Shown: in pieces, positions 38,001 through 49,262 of the stretch | Layout of the letters: every line of letters starts with the position of its first letter | Position numbering within the stretch: position 1 is the stretch's first letter | Notes under the pieces: model-generated | Told to the model about the DNA's origin: nothing | The model's database searches: none | The model's input: only the letters and a program-made list of their open reading frames with translations | Assembly (NCBI GenBank): GCA_965644315.1 | Contig: CBFFRQ010000068.1 | Coordinates: 1,415,545 to 1,479,544 of the forward strand | Reading direction: 5' to 3' | Length of the DNA: 64,000 bases | DNA from: Caecitellus pseudoparvulus | Taxonomy: Eukaryota > Protista > Bigyra: Bicosoecida | Program-made: the position numbers and the translations under genes

Positions 38001-41000
38001 GCCAGATGACACCAGGCCCTCCCCACGCCCGCCATGCCCCGACAGGCCACTGCCCGACGACAGCACCACAGCATCCAGCACACCGCCACTGCCGCTGCCG
38101 CCGCCGCCGCTGCCGCCGCCGCCACTCCAGCTGCCCTCACCACGACCTGCCGCAGACAGTGCCGCCTCGTGTGCTGCGCTCCCCGACACCTCCCCTGCCT
38201 CGCGACCCCTCACGCTCCGCACGCCGGGCCTGCCCCCGTGCCGCCACCTCACCACGCAGGGCCGCCTTGTCAGATGCGCCTCGCTGGTGGCTCACCACGA
38301 CCTGCCGCAGACAGTGCCGCCTCGTGTGCTGCGCTCCCCGACACCTCCCCTGCCTCGCGACCGCGAGCTGCATCCGACACCCGCAGATCCTGCACCGCCT
38401 CACGCACAGCGCCATCATACGCGGCACGCGCAGACTGCAGACCCTCGTCACGCCGCTCCTCAGACCGCCGCACATCGCCTGCTGCCTCAGACACCAGCGC
38501 ACGACGAGCGCCCTGCACTGCCTGCACCGCACGGGCCTCCTCGTCACCTGCCCACCGCCCCAGCGCCGCCATGTCCGCGTCGTACTGGCTCTCGATGGCA
38601 CGCACAGCCACCTCGTCGGGGTTCCCGTCGCTGTCCAGTGCCACACCACGCAGGGCCTCCACACGTGCATCGCCCAGCGCACGGGCACGCTCCTCACGCT
38701 GCCGCCCCACCCGACGCCGCACATCCGCCTCCGCATCGGCCAGTCGACTGTCCACATCCTCCTGGATGCGCCCCACCTCCACAGCGTGCGCCTCCAGCAC
38801 ACCTCGACTGCCCGCCTCACGCTCCTCAGCTGCAGACCCTAGACCGCCCAGCGCCTCACGGGCCGCACGCATGACCTCCTCATCGCCTGCCGCACACGCA
38901 CGCAGGCCCTCCCACTCGGCGTCCTGCCGTGCCCGCAGACCATCGCCTCGCACTCGCACCTCATCTGCGCTCCACCCCTCAGACTCAGCTGCCGCACGCA
39001 GGCGCCGCACCTCCTCCTCGTGCCGTGCCCGCATGGCCGCCTCACGGGCCTCCCCACGAGACAGCAGTGCTGACCCCAGCTCACCCAGCGCCGCCTCACC
39101 GTCGCTGCTGACACGAGCCACCACCCGTGCCACGTCACGCTCGTGCGCAGCCCGTGCCCGGCCCACCTCGTCAGACACCCGGGCATCCACCCGTGCCACG
39201 CCTGCCGCCACCTCGGCCGCGTCCGCCTCGTCAGCTGACCGCAGCTCACGGGCCAGCGCAGCACGCTCATCTGCATGCCGGGCCCGCACACTGGGCAGCT
39301 CCGACACCGACGCAGACCGCACCTCCGCCGCGTGCCGCCGAGCCAGCTCCCCCTCACGCTCCGCACGCCGGGCCTGCCCCCGTGCCGCCACCTCACCACG
39401 CAGGGCCGCCTTGTCAGATGCGCCTCGCTGGTGTGCCGACACCACCGCCTCGCCGTACGCCGCACGCAGACGGGACAGCTCACGGTCAGCGCTGCCACGC
39501 ACAGCGCTCAACACGCCATCGGCGTCCGACCGCACACCCTCCACGTGTGCTGCACTGCTCAGGGACGCGACGTCACCTGCCGCCGCAGACACAGCCTGCA
39601 CAGCACTGGCATCGCCCCGCGCCACGTCGGCCTCGGCAGATGCCAGGGCCGCCTGCGCCTCAGACACTGCAGCATGGTGGGCGGCGCCAGATGACACCAG
39701 GCCCTCCCCACGCCCGCCATGCCCCGACAGGCCACTGCCCGACGACAGCACCACAGCATCCAGCACACCGCCACTGCCGCTGCCGCCGCCGCCGCCGCCG
39801 CCGCCACTCCAGCTGCCCTCACCACGACCTGCCGCAGACAGTGCCGCCTCGTGTGCTGCGCTCCCCGACACCTCCCCTGCCTCGCGACCGCGGGCTGCAT
39901 CCGACACCCGCAGATCCTGCACCGCCTCACGCACAGCGCCATCATACGCGGCACGCGCAGACTGCAGACCCTCGTCACGCCGCTCCTCAGACCGCCGCAC
40001 ATCGCCTGCTGCCTCAGACACCAGCGCACGACGAGCGCCCTGCACTGCCTGCACCGCACGGGCCTCCTCGTCACCTGCCCACCGCCCCAGCGCCGCCATG
40101 TCCGCGTCGTACTGGCTCTCGATGGCACGCACAGCCACCTCGTCGGGGTTCCCGTCGCTGTCCAGTGCCACACCACGCAGGGCCTCCACACGTGCATCGC
40201 CCAGCGCACGGGCACGCTCCTCACGCTGCCGCCCCACCCGACGCCGCACATCCGCCTCCGCATCGGCCAGTCGACTGTCCACATCCTCCTGGATGCGCCC
40301 CACCTCCACAGCGTGCGCCTCCAGCACACCTCGACTGCCCGCCTCACGCTCCTCAGCTGCAGACCCCAGACCGCCCAGCGCCTCACGGGCCGCACGCATG
40401 ACCTCCTCATCGCCTGCCGCACACGCACGCAGGCCCTCCCACTCGGCGTCCTGCCGTGCCCGCAGACCATCGCCTCGCACTCGCACCTCATCTGCGCTCC
40501 ACCCCTCAGACTCAGCTGCCGCACGCAGGCGCCGCACCTCCTCCTCGTGCCGTGCCCGCATGGCCGCCTCACGGGCCTCCCCACGAGACAGCAGTGCTGA
40601 CCCCAGCTCACCCAGCGCCGCCTCACCGTCGCTGCTGACACGAGCCACCACCCGTGCCACGTCACGCTCGTGCGCAGCCCGTGCCCGGCCCACCTCGTCA
40701 GACACCCGGGCATCCACCCGTGCCACGCCTGCCGCCACCTCGGCCGCGTCCGCCTCGTCAGCTGACCGCAGCTCACGGGCCAGCGCAGCACGCTCATCTG
40801 CATGCCGGGCCCGCACACTGGGCAGCTCCGACACCGACGCAGACCGCACCTCCGCCGCATGCCGCCGAGCCAGCTCCCCCTCACGCCCCGCACGCCGGGC
40901 CTGCCCCCGTGCCGCCACCTCACCACGCAGGGCCGCCTTGTCAGATGCGCCTCGCTGGTGTGCCGACACCACCGCCTCGCCGTACGCCGCACGCAGACGG

Positions 41001-44000
41001 GACAGCTCACGGTCAGCGCTGCCACGCACGGCGCTCAACACGCCATCGGCGTCCGACCGCACACTGTCTTCGTGCTGACTTGCTTGCTCGAAAGCAAGCT
41101 CAAGAGCCGCCGCCGACAGGGCCTGCACGGATTCCGGATTCTCAGAAGACAGATTTGATTGAGAAGCGTGTACAGCGTCACGAAGGTGGCGGCTTTCAGA
41201 CTTGAAGTTTGCACGCTGAAGAGGGGGGGTGCAACGTGCTCTCTCCAGCACAGCGTTCATACTTGAGCACCAATACCCGAGTTCCTCTGCAACCTTCTCG
41301 TAGTTGCGGCACATGTTCTTGCTCGAGCTCACTTCGTTTATCTGCTGACTCAAACGAACCAGATGGTCCATGGATGCTTGGCTGGCAGCTCTGGCTTGTG
41401 CAGCCAAACGGTGAAAGTTCTTTGCCTGTTCTGCAAGAGTCCTGGAACGCTTGAAAGTAGCCTCGTTGGCTGCTTTTGCCACGGCTTGCGCAAGCTTTGT
41501 CTCGTGACGCTCACAATGCTGCAGAGCTTCAGATCGGAAGCGTGAGAGAGCAGTCTCTGCTATGTCAGAGCACTTTCGCAAGCAAGCCCACCTTGACTCA
41601 GCGTCAAACACTTGCACAGTTTGACTGCTTTCTGCGCCATGCATGCCTTGACATTGCAACTCCCGAAGGCTCTCTTCTTCGGCTATCTTCCACTCGCGAA
41701 TTGCTGTTCGTGCTTGGTGCTCTGCTAAGCTAACCAGACGGTGCGCTGCTCGAGAAGGGGGGTGCTCTGCCTTGCTCTCAGCGGCCCCCTCTTGCTGCAT
41801 CGTAGCCTGCTCAGCAAGGCGCCGTGCTATTGTGAGCAATGCCCCAACAAGGTCAGAATCTATGCGTCGTACTTTGCTAAGCGCAGCGTTGCTCAAGGTG
41901 CGGGAAAAGGCAGCTGGGCCGATTTGAGCAACGGCAGATTCAACCTGCGAGGCAGGGGCTGTTGCCCAAGTTGGGAGCGAGGCAGCCTCTGGCAAAGTAT
42001 GAGCCAGGCTTGAAAAGTCGGCTTCATCAACGCTGGAAGAATGGAGAAGGCTGGATTCTTCTTGCGTATGCTGGAGCACCTGTACGATGTATCTTGCAAT
42101 TCCAGACAAGTCGGACTCTAGGCTCTGCTTGAAAGCGTGGGTGAAGGTGTCCAGGGACGCGTTCGATGTTGCTTGGGGAGGCTGTTCCATGCCTGCTGCT
42201 GGTGATGCAAGGTGTACAGAGCTGGCGTCTACGATGCTCGCCTGGTCTCCTCGGTGTCTCGATGGTGGAACTGGGAGGAAGGGCAAGGATGGTCGAGGCA
42301 GCATAGGATGCCGTGACACAATCTGCGTCGGTGTCAACGATAGCGAGGTCTCCATGGGGGCCGTGAATGGTTGAGAGAGGGCAGTCGCTTGTGAAAAACC
42401 TTGTTGCTGTGTCGCGTGAGACCCCGTTGTTTGCCGTCCGTAGTCCTGCTGTGGTCCAACTGAACGATGAAGGCTCGCAGAACTGCTCTGCGCAGGCGCC
42501 TTCAAGGTGGATCCGCCACTGTCTGAGCCTGACACCCAAGGCACAAGAGATGCCTCGTGATGATCTTGGACATGCGGAGCCTGGGCTGGAACTCTCTGAG
42601 AAATAGGGTCACTGTGCCCAAGCATTGCTGGTCGGCTTAAACGATCTGGAATGCAAAGCGCAGCGTGCAAGTACTCAAGCTCCGCAGCTTTGGCTATTGC
42701 ATCTCGCTCCAACTCCTCTGCACGAGCTTGCAAAAAGGCTTGCCGTGACTCGGCCAAAGTCAGTTTGGAAGCCAACTCGTTCTGAGACTCTTTTGCTGCC
42801 ATCAAAGCAGCCACCAAGGTGGCGCGCGCAGAATCCCCGGCCTGCGTCGCCGCGGACACTTGTTGCTGCAGCGGTGCAAGTTCCGAACATGCCTCTGCAG
42901 CAGCGGCGGCTGCTTGCTCCACAAGGGACAGCAATTCGGCGTTCTCGTGCTGCAAACGCCTTTCCTGTGCCTCAGCACGACTATCCTTGCGCTCCATAGC
43001 CATTTGTAGCACGCTACCAGCAGCGGCTTCAGCCTGTAGGTCTTGGGATACGATTGCAAGCTGACTGGCCATGCTATCGAGCTCCGCATCCTTTTCTTGC
43101 CTCCAGGTGCCTACGTCGGTGCGGGCCTGCTCGAGCTCGGCAGATAAATCTGCAAGACGCTTACGCAAGGCCGACACCTTGTCTTGCTCCGACCGCAAGC
43201 AACCTGTCACTTCAGCCAGTTCACTTCGTAGTGATCTGAGTTGCTCGCGGTCTTCCTCTTGCTCGGCACATAGCGCGCTGCTCAATGATTCGGCGTGGTC
43301 TAACTTTCCTTTTTGGATGCGGGCATCAGCCTGTGCGGCAGCCAAGGCTCGCTCAAGCCGTTCAAATTCATCGTGTAAGTCTGGGTTCGCCTCAGCCTCC
43401 CGACGTAGAGCTGTGAGCTCATCCTCAAGCTCTGACACAGTACGCTCAAGCCGCTCAATTCGGGCTTTCCCTTGGACAGCCTGTGAGGCTGCATGTTTTG
43501 CTTCCTGCTCGGCCTCGCCAAGCGCAGCCTCCAGTCTCTGGGCTCGTTCTTCCATTGCCAAGGCCTTTCTGGATGCCTCTCGGGCAGCTGTTCTCGCAAT
43601 TGAGAGGTCTTCGCTTGATGCTGATCGAGCCGACCGCGCTGCTGCCTCTGCAGCGTCTGCGCGGGCCATGTCGTCGTGAGCCTTCCGCTCCAAGGCTTCA
43701 AACGAAGCTTGTAGGTCCCGCACTTGCTGCTTTGCTTCCGCAAGCGCTTGCTCCATCGCAGAGTTGCGCCCCTTGACAGAGGCGAGTTGCTGCTGCGCAA
43801 ATTCAAGCGCAGCTTGGCTCGCTGCTGACTGTTGCTGCGCTTCAGTTTGCGCTCGCTGTGAGTCACGCGAGCGAGACTGTGCCGCTGTTGCGTCTGCCGC
43901 CGCTGCGGCGGCTTTCCTTTGTGCATCGTCACGGTCGGCCCTTGCTTGTGCAAGCTCCTGCTGTAGCCGGTGCACTGCATCGCTTTCAGTGGCTTGCGAG

Positions 44001-46612
44001 GCCATTGCTTTGCTTCGCAGCTGCTGGATCTCTGCATCTTTTGCTGCAGTTTGGCGCAGTGCAGCCGCTCGATCATCCTCAGCCGCTCGCTTGGCACGGG
44101 TCGCGGATGCTTCCGCCTCCTCCAGCTGACGTTGAAGTCGCGCAGCTCTTGCCTCGCCCTCCCCTTGGGCTTGTGCAAGAAGGCGCTCGAGGGAATGAGC
44201 CTTTGCCTCCGCATCTGCCTGCGCTTGCTGGGACATCTTCAAAGCAGCATTAGCTTCTGCTGAAGAGTCATCAGCTCTTGCCCGTGATGACGCAAGTGCT
44301 TGCTCAGCATCTTCAGCTCGCTCAGCAGCCTTGCGAAGCTGATCCTTTGCGGCTTCAAGCTCTGCCCGTAGCGATCCAAGGTCTGATTTAAGGGAAGCTT
44401 TTCGTGCCTCTGCAGCTGCAGCAGCTGCTTTCAGGCGCTCAGTCTCGGCTGCAGCCTGAGCCTCTGCTTTGGCAGTGTCAGAGAGTTGCTGTTTCAGCGC
44501 TTTTACCTCCTTCTCCTGAGCCTCGTGCAGGCGGCGCCACTCTTCGATTTGCTGCTGCAAACCCGACACTTCTGCCTGCAAAGATTCAATGAGCCCTGCA
44601 GGGTCACCATGGCCCCCGGAAAGGGTAGCTATGCGCTCCCGGGCCGCTTGGAGCTGCTCCTGAGAGCGAGCAAGGCGCTCTTCCAAGTCAGCAATAAGCG
44701 CGGCGGATGCTGTGTTGCTTTCTTCCTCAGTGACAAGCTGCATGCGTAACGACGAAAGTGAACGTTGCAGCTCATCAATAGTCTTCTTTGCATCCTCAAG
44801 TTGGTCTGCCAGCTCTGAGGCCTCTTCTGCCATTGCAGCACGCTGCTGCAGCTTTGCGATGCGGGCGTGCGCTTCCTCAAGCTGCGCCTGCAGTTGGGCA
44901 TTGTCTCGCTTCAGTTGCTGGCCTTGAATGAGCTTCATCTCATCATCGTGAAAGCCAGCCAATCGCTTCTGGCGGGTGGAACGCACCTCCGTCAGAGCTT
45001 TGTCTCGCTCCGCCACCAGCTTCTCCATGACATCCATCATCGGCGACGAGGCAGCTGAAGGACTGGAGGCTTCAGAGCCGACAGGGCTAACACTTTGTCG
45101 AAGCGACCCTGTGGCCCGTACGACACCCCTCAACTTCCCCCAAAGCTTCTTCCCTGAGCGCGGCGCCTTTCCACTCGCATCTGCGGCGGCGAGGGCTCTC
45201 CTTGACGACTCGAGCAATTCCTTACGCTCGTCGGCGTGCTGGTCCTTGAGTGCCACAATCTCGGCTTGTAGCGCTGCTGACTGTTCTGTCAGAGCTTCAA
45301 CTTCAGCCTTCATGTCTTCAAGCTCAAGTGTGCTAATGTTCAGATCAGCACGAGCGTCATCACGCTCTACCAGCAGCTTGTGCGCTTCTTCTTTCAAAGC
45401 CAGGAGCTCCTGGCGCATTCGTCGAGAGCGCTTTCTCTCTGTGTTTGCTTCTTTCTCAGCTGACGAAACTTGCAGCTGTGCAGCCTCTTTAACCTTGCGC
45501 AAGTCTGCCACGGCAACCCCCCCGGAAGATGACATGGCGGCAGCCGCCGCCGCCTTTTCCTGCGCCAGCTGGGACCTGAGCCTCTGCATCTCCTGCTGTT
45601 GTGCATCGTACTCGTCTTGCAGATTCTGCAGCGTGGCTTGTGAGGCGGAAGCGGCACTGTTTGCGCTTGCCAAGGAAGCACGGACATCGGCCAATGCTCC
45701 TTTGAGAGCCTCGTTCTGCTCTGACAATCGCTCGAGCTCCTCCTCGCGTTGCTGGAGCTGAGCAGAGGCCAGCAGAATCTCTCGGTCTTTCGCAGACTCG
45801 CGCCCTTTCGCTCCTCCGCTTTGTGCTGCAGAGGCTGCAGCCTTCCACATGACCGCTGAACTTCGCCTCCGCCGTTTCCCAGCCCCTGTTGGTGGCGCCC
45901 ATGAGCTGGAACTCCCTCGCGACCCTTCACTGGCAAGTGGAAGAGGTGCCAGCGAGTCCTCTTCTTGCTCTGTGCCTTCCGAGCTCTGTGGCTCCGGCCT
46001 GGGAGGAGGGCCTGGAGGGCGCCTGGCCGCCCTTGTAGTCGGCAGCCTTGCAGGCCAGCCGCCGTTTGAACCCCCTGCTGAGCCGCTGGCGACGGGCAAC
46101 GTGGAGGGCGGGGATGCCAGGCTGCCATCTTCCTGCGAAGATGTTCCCTGTGGAGCTGTTTTGGGGGCAGGCCTTGCGCTGGCATCATCGCTTGGCTCCG
46201 TCCGGCCAAGTGCAGGTGCCGCTGCTTCGCCGTCGCTGCGACGGCTCAGTGTTGTGGCCTGCCTCACTTGCCCCGAAGCAGCCCCAGTTGGGTTCCCGTG
46301 CCGCTTTCCATCTTCTGCCCCCTCAACTACTGAACTGTCACTTGAGGTATCCGTCGTGTCATCGTCGCTTGCGCTTTGCGCGTCAGGGCTGCCGAATGAG
46401 TACACATGGGCTCGGGCGGGCGCTGCAGTTCCCATTGGCTCATCAGTAGCCTGGTCTCCCATGCCAGAGTACAGACTACTTGCGTCATTGTAGAAGGACC
46501 TCCGGACACTCGGGTGATGGTGAATGAACTGCAAGGGGAAGCACGAGAAGTCACATAATCTGACGTAGCAGCGGTCATCCTGGTCAGCTCTTACCTTATC
46601 GGGCTCAGACAT
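17005..46612 (-). CDS. Giant coiled-coil/tandem-repeat protein of unknown function (~9,700 aa if the proposed introns 46529-46594, 38147-38301 and 27325-27533 are spliced)
   Basis: Three consecutive long minus-strand ORFs (38270-46612, 26967-38255, 17005-27507) carry the same 508-510 aa repeat. There is an N-terminal ~1000-aa coiled coil and a low-complexity C-terminus. AAG|GTAAGA...TTGCAG marks a probable 66-nt first intron. Confidence 0.75.
27325..27533 (-). other. 209-bp internal duplication in the array; candidate GT-AG intron
   Basis: Minus strand reads ...GTGCAG|GTGTCGAGAG...GGTGCAG|GATCTG. Removal restores the exact repeat (VQDL). Confidence 0.55.
38147..38301 (-). other. 155-bp composite duplication in the array; candidate GT-AG intron (alternative donor GTGAGC at 38295)
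   Basis: Minus strand reads ...GGCAG|GTCGTG|GTGAGCCACC...CGGCAG|GTCGTG. Removing 155 nt restores the repeat exactly; removing 149 nt is also in frame. Confidence 0.5.
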
Positions 46613-46788
46613 GGTGCCTGTGAGGCGTGTCCCTCACCAATCCACGCCAGTCGGCAAGGAACTCGCAGGCGTGGGAGAGGATGCTTCAAATACCATGCAG
46701 CAGCCATAAGGCCAAGGGTACAAAGTATGAGTGTTCGTTTTGTTGGCAGCCTCGATGTCGGCTGTGGGCATTGCCCGGTTTCATCCCT

Positions 46789-47450
46789 GGGGGACAATAC
46801 ATACATAAATGTATGTATGAGCGATATGTCTCAACTGCTGCCGCAGTTTGCGACTAAAAACAGATATATTTATATATAGTTTTCTTAGATAAAATCTATA
46901 AATACCATTCTTAGATATATTTATAATAGATATATAACACTTATTAAACACTACCCCTACAAAAACAATCCCTTATAAACCCTTTACTATATTTTTATAC
47001 TACTATTTACTACTATTTTATAAGTGTTATCTTAAGGGTTATCACTACAATAAATAGAAATAATATAAAAAATATAATAAATATATATATATATATTTTT
47101 TTTAAATCTCTTCTTAACACTTCATCAACAATCAATCAAAATAAAATTGAAGCAATCAAGCATCCATCCAATCTACCTATTCCAGAAACAATCAAAGGAG
47201 ACGAAAAGCCAAAATAAAAAGATTCATTCAATATCACTTATTCATATATAATATAACCCTAAATTTAATATAACCCTTATCACTTAATCCCTTAATCCCT
47301 TAATCCCTTAACCCTGAATCCTACAAAGTGCGTGGAGTGTGTGCGAATATATAATAAAAAACATTCTCTCACATTTTAAAATATAAATATATGAAAAAAT
47401 CATAAAAATATATCTAGGATAAAATATCTAAGAAAAATTTAAAAATAAAA
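46789..47450. repeat. Non-coding left terminal arm of virophage copy 1 (putative terminal inverted repeat/origin)
   Basis: ~660 bp without genes, homologous to 60396-61040. It contains GGGGG, two hairpins (46797-46818, 46833-46848), (TA)n and 8-bp iterons (47283-47321). The matching right-hand repeat is not visible. Confidence 0.65.
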
Positions 47451-47511
47451 AATATCTAAATAAAAAAATATGTTTAAAGAAAAAATATTTTATCTAGTAT
47501 ATTATATAATG
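47450..47511 (+). promoter_or_regulatory. Conserved ~60-bp double-TCTA promoter cassette upstream of the helicase
   Basis: aaatatCTAaataaaa..tatgtttaaagaaaaaatattttaTCTAgtat..ataATG is also found at 49501, 50401, 61043 and 63115. Confidence 0.75.
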
Positions 47512-49221
47512 GATATTCAACAACCAAAATTCAAAATCGATAAACTTATTAAAATGTATGAAGAAGAAGCAATAGAAGACATAGTTAAAAAAGCACGTAA
47601 TAAGAATTTAAAAGATGAGGATTTATTATTAAAATGTAAAGACTATATATCTAAAACCATTTTTAAATGTGAAGATGCTGAAAAATACATAGTTAATGAT
47701 AAATTTATATCTGATAAAATTTTTAATAAAAAATTACAAGTATTCCCTAAGCCTTTAAAATATTGGTTCAAAAATTCATATATTGGATTTAAAAAAGCAG
47801 TTGTTAAATTTCATCACGAAGAATTAAAAGAAAACGAATTTAATTTATTACCACCTCTTAAATTTAAGCCTGAACCATACGAACAAACATCAGACGATTT
47901 AAAAGAGAAAGTTGATTATTTATTAAAAAATTATTTTTTACGTGTCTTATCAAATGGAAACGATGAGAATTATAATTATTTAATAAAATGGATTGCTAAT
48001 ATGATTCAAGGAAATAAAAATACATCTATGATAGTTTTAAAGGGGCCTGAAGGCTGCGGGAAATCTACATTAATTAGATTCATTGAAGATATGCTGGGGC
48101 TTAAGAATGTTATTAATTCATCATCTCAACCACTAATTGAAAAATTTAATATGGAGTTAATGGCTAAAATATGCGTATATTTTGAAGAACTTACAGGAGG
48201 AACAACAAGAGGACAAAAAGCAGCAGCAGCAGCAAGATTAAGAGATTATATCACGAATCCATATTTAAACTATGAAGAGAAAAATAAAAACCCATTAGAA
48301 AATATTAAGAATGTTTCAAATTTTATTTCTCTATCAAATGAATATTACGCAATCAAAGATGACCAAGGCAGACGATATTTTATTTTAGATATTGACTCAA
48401 GTTTATTAGGCGATAATGAATACTGGGGAAATATCCATAATAATTATGTTCATAATGAAAATTTTTCAAAAGCATTATTTAATTTTTTTAATAGTGTTGA
48501 TATTTCAGATTTTCAACCACTTAAAATGCCAATAACGGATTCAAAAATAAAAGCTCATTTAAAATCTTTTGACCCTTATATATCATTCATAAGAGAAAAA
48601 TATTTATTCAAAAATAAAGGAATAGAAAAAATAAAATGTCGAGATTTATTTTTTAAATATGCCAATTATTATGAAAGGGTATACGAAGAAAAAATAAACA
48701 CTAAATCACGTAAAACGGCTGTTTTTTTCTATGATAGGTTAGAACACTGGGGAATAAAGAAATATAATAAAAAATTAGACGGTTGTAATGTTTATAAAAT
48801 TTCATATGATGAATTAAAGAAAATATCAGAAAATTATAAATGGAATTTTAAATCAGAATATGAAGACGAAGAAGAAGAAGAAGAAGAAGACGACGAAGAA
48901 ATAGATTTTCAGGAGGAAGAAGAAGAACAACAACCTAACGATAATAATTATAAATCTCAAGCTTTAAAATATAAAAAAATATGTATAGAACAAGCACAAG
49001 AACTAAAAAAATTAAAAGATGAATTAAGAGCATTAAAACTAAATCTTATTAAAAAAGAAGAAGATAAAATTGAGGATGACAGCGAAGAAGAAGACAGCGA
49101 CGAAGAAGAAGAGATAATAAATTTATCAAATAAACACCAGAAATTAAATAAAAATTTAAGTAAATTATCTATGACTTCTAATAAAGAACCAGAAAAAGAT
49201 TTATTTAAAATTTCAATATAA
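47509..49221 (+). CDS. Superfamily-3 helicase (DUF5906/NrS-1/D5-like) with acidic C-terminal tracts
   Basis: Walker A GPEGCGKS, Walker B CVYFEE, motif C ISLSN and DQGRRYF. Start moved from 47470 to 47509 because the first ATG lies inside the promoter cassette. Confidence 0.88.
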   Translation: MDIQQPKFKIDKLIKMYEEEAIEDIVKKARNKNLKDEDLLLKCKDYISKTIFKCEDAEKYIVNDKFISDKIFNKKLQVFPKPLKYWFKNSYIGFKKAVVKFHHEELKENEFNLLPPLKFKPEPYEQTSDDLKEKVDYLLKNYFLRVLSNGNDENYNYLIKWIANMIQGNKNTSMIVLKGPEGCGKSTLIRFIEDMLGLKNVINSSSQPLIEKFNMELMAKICVYFEELTGGTTRGQKAAAAARLRDYITNPYLNYEEKNKNPLENIKNVSNFISLSNEYYAIKDDQGRRYFILDIDSSLLGDNEYWGNIHNNYVHNENFSKALFNFFNSVDISDFQPLKMPITDSKIKAHLKSFDPYISFIREKYLFKNKGIEKIKCRDLFFKYANYYERVYEEKINTKSRKTAVFFYDRLEHWGIKKYNKKLDGCNVYKISYDELKKISENYKWNFKSEYEDEEEEEEEDDEEIDFQEEEEEQQPNDNNYKSQALKYKKICIEQAQELKKLKDELRALKLNLIKKEEDKIEDDSEEEDSDEEEEIINLSNKHQKLNKNLSKLSMTSNKEPEKDLFKISI

Positions 49222-49262
49222 GATTTTTAATATTTAAAAAAATAATTTTCTATATTCAATTA

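Larger units (their letters stand above)
18277..41064. repeat. Coding tandem array of ~15 units of 1524/1527/1530 bp
   Basis: The marker atgtccgcgtcgtactggctctcga recurs at about 18341, 19871, 21401, 22928, 24452, 25979, 27506, (27715), 29242, 30769, 32296, 33826, 35356, 36886, 38571 and 40098. Units differ by a few SNPs and by triplet indels in a (GGC)n tract. Confidence 0.97.

Noticed and set aside
18277-41064. Array as CRISPR, satellite or transposon cluster
   Set aside because: There are no spacers, terminal repeats or transposase, and units are continuous in frame with flanking coding sequence.
18341-41078. Huge plus-strand ORFs (3225, 3915, 1014 aa) and the many periodic 60-490 aa ORFs in the array
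   Set aside because: They are antisense or off-frame shadows of a GC-rich coding repeat. A frame open in one unit is open in all units. The products are Ser/Arg/Pro/Ala-rich with no recognisable features, and only the minus frame joins unique N- and C-terminal sequence.
1-46788. Naming the host species (e.g. Cafeteria)
   Set aside because: High GC, short introns and TCTA-type virophage promoters are suggestive, but the window contains no diagnostic marker.
46627-46857. Short ORFs spanning the host-virus junction (46627-46857 +, 46591-46806 -)
   Set aside because: They are chance frames crossing an insertion boundary, with no recognisable motifs.
47270-47321. Telomeric repeat (CCCTAA-like) implying telomere-targeted integration
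   Set aside because: The unit is an 8-mer (CTTAATCC), has only 4-5 copies, is internal to the arm and has changed to CTTAATCA in copy 2.
47470-47508. ORF-track start MFKEKIFYLVYYI for the helicase (also 61065-61103)
   Set aside because: This sequence is the promoter cassette that also precedes two other genes, where it is non-coding. The ATG 12 nt after TCTA is the better start.
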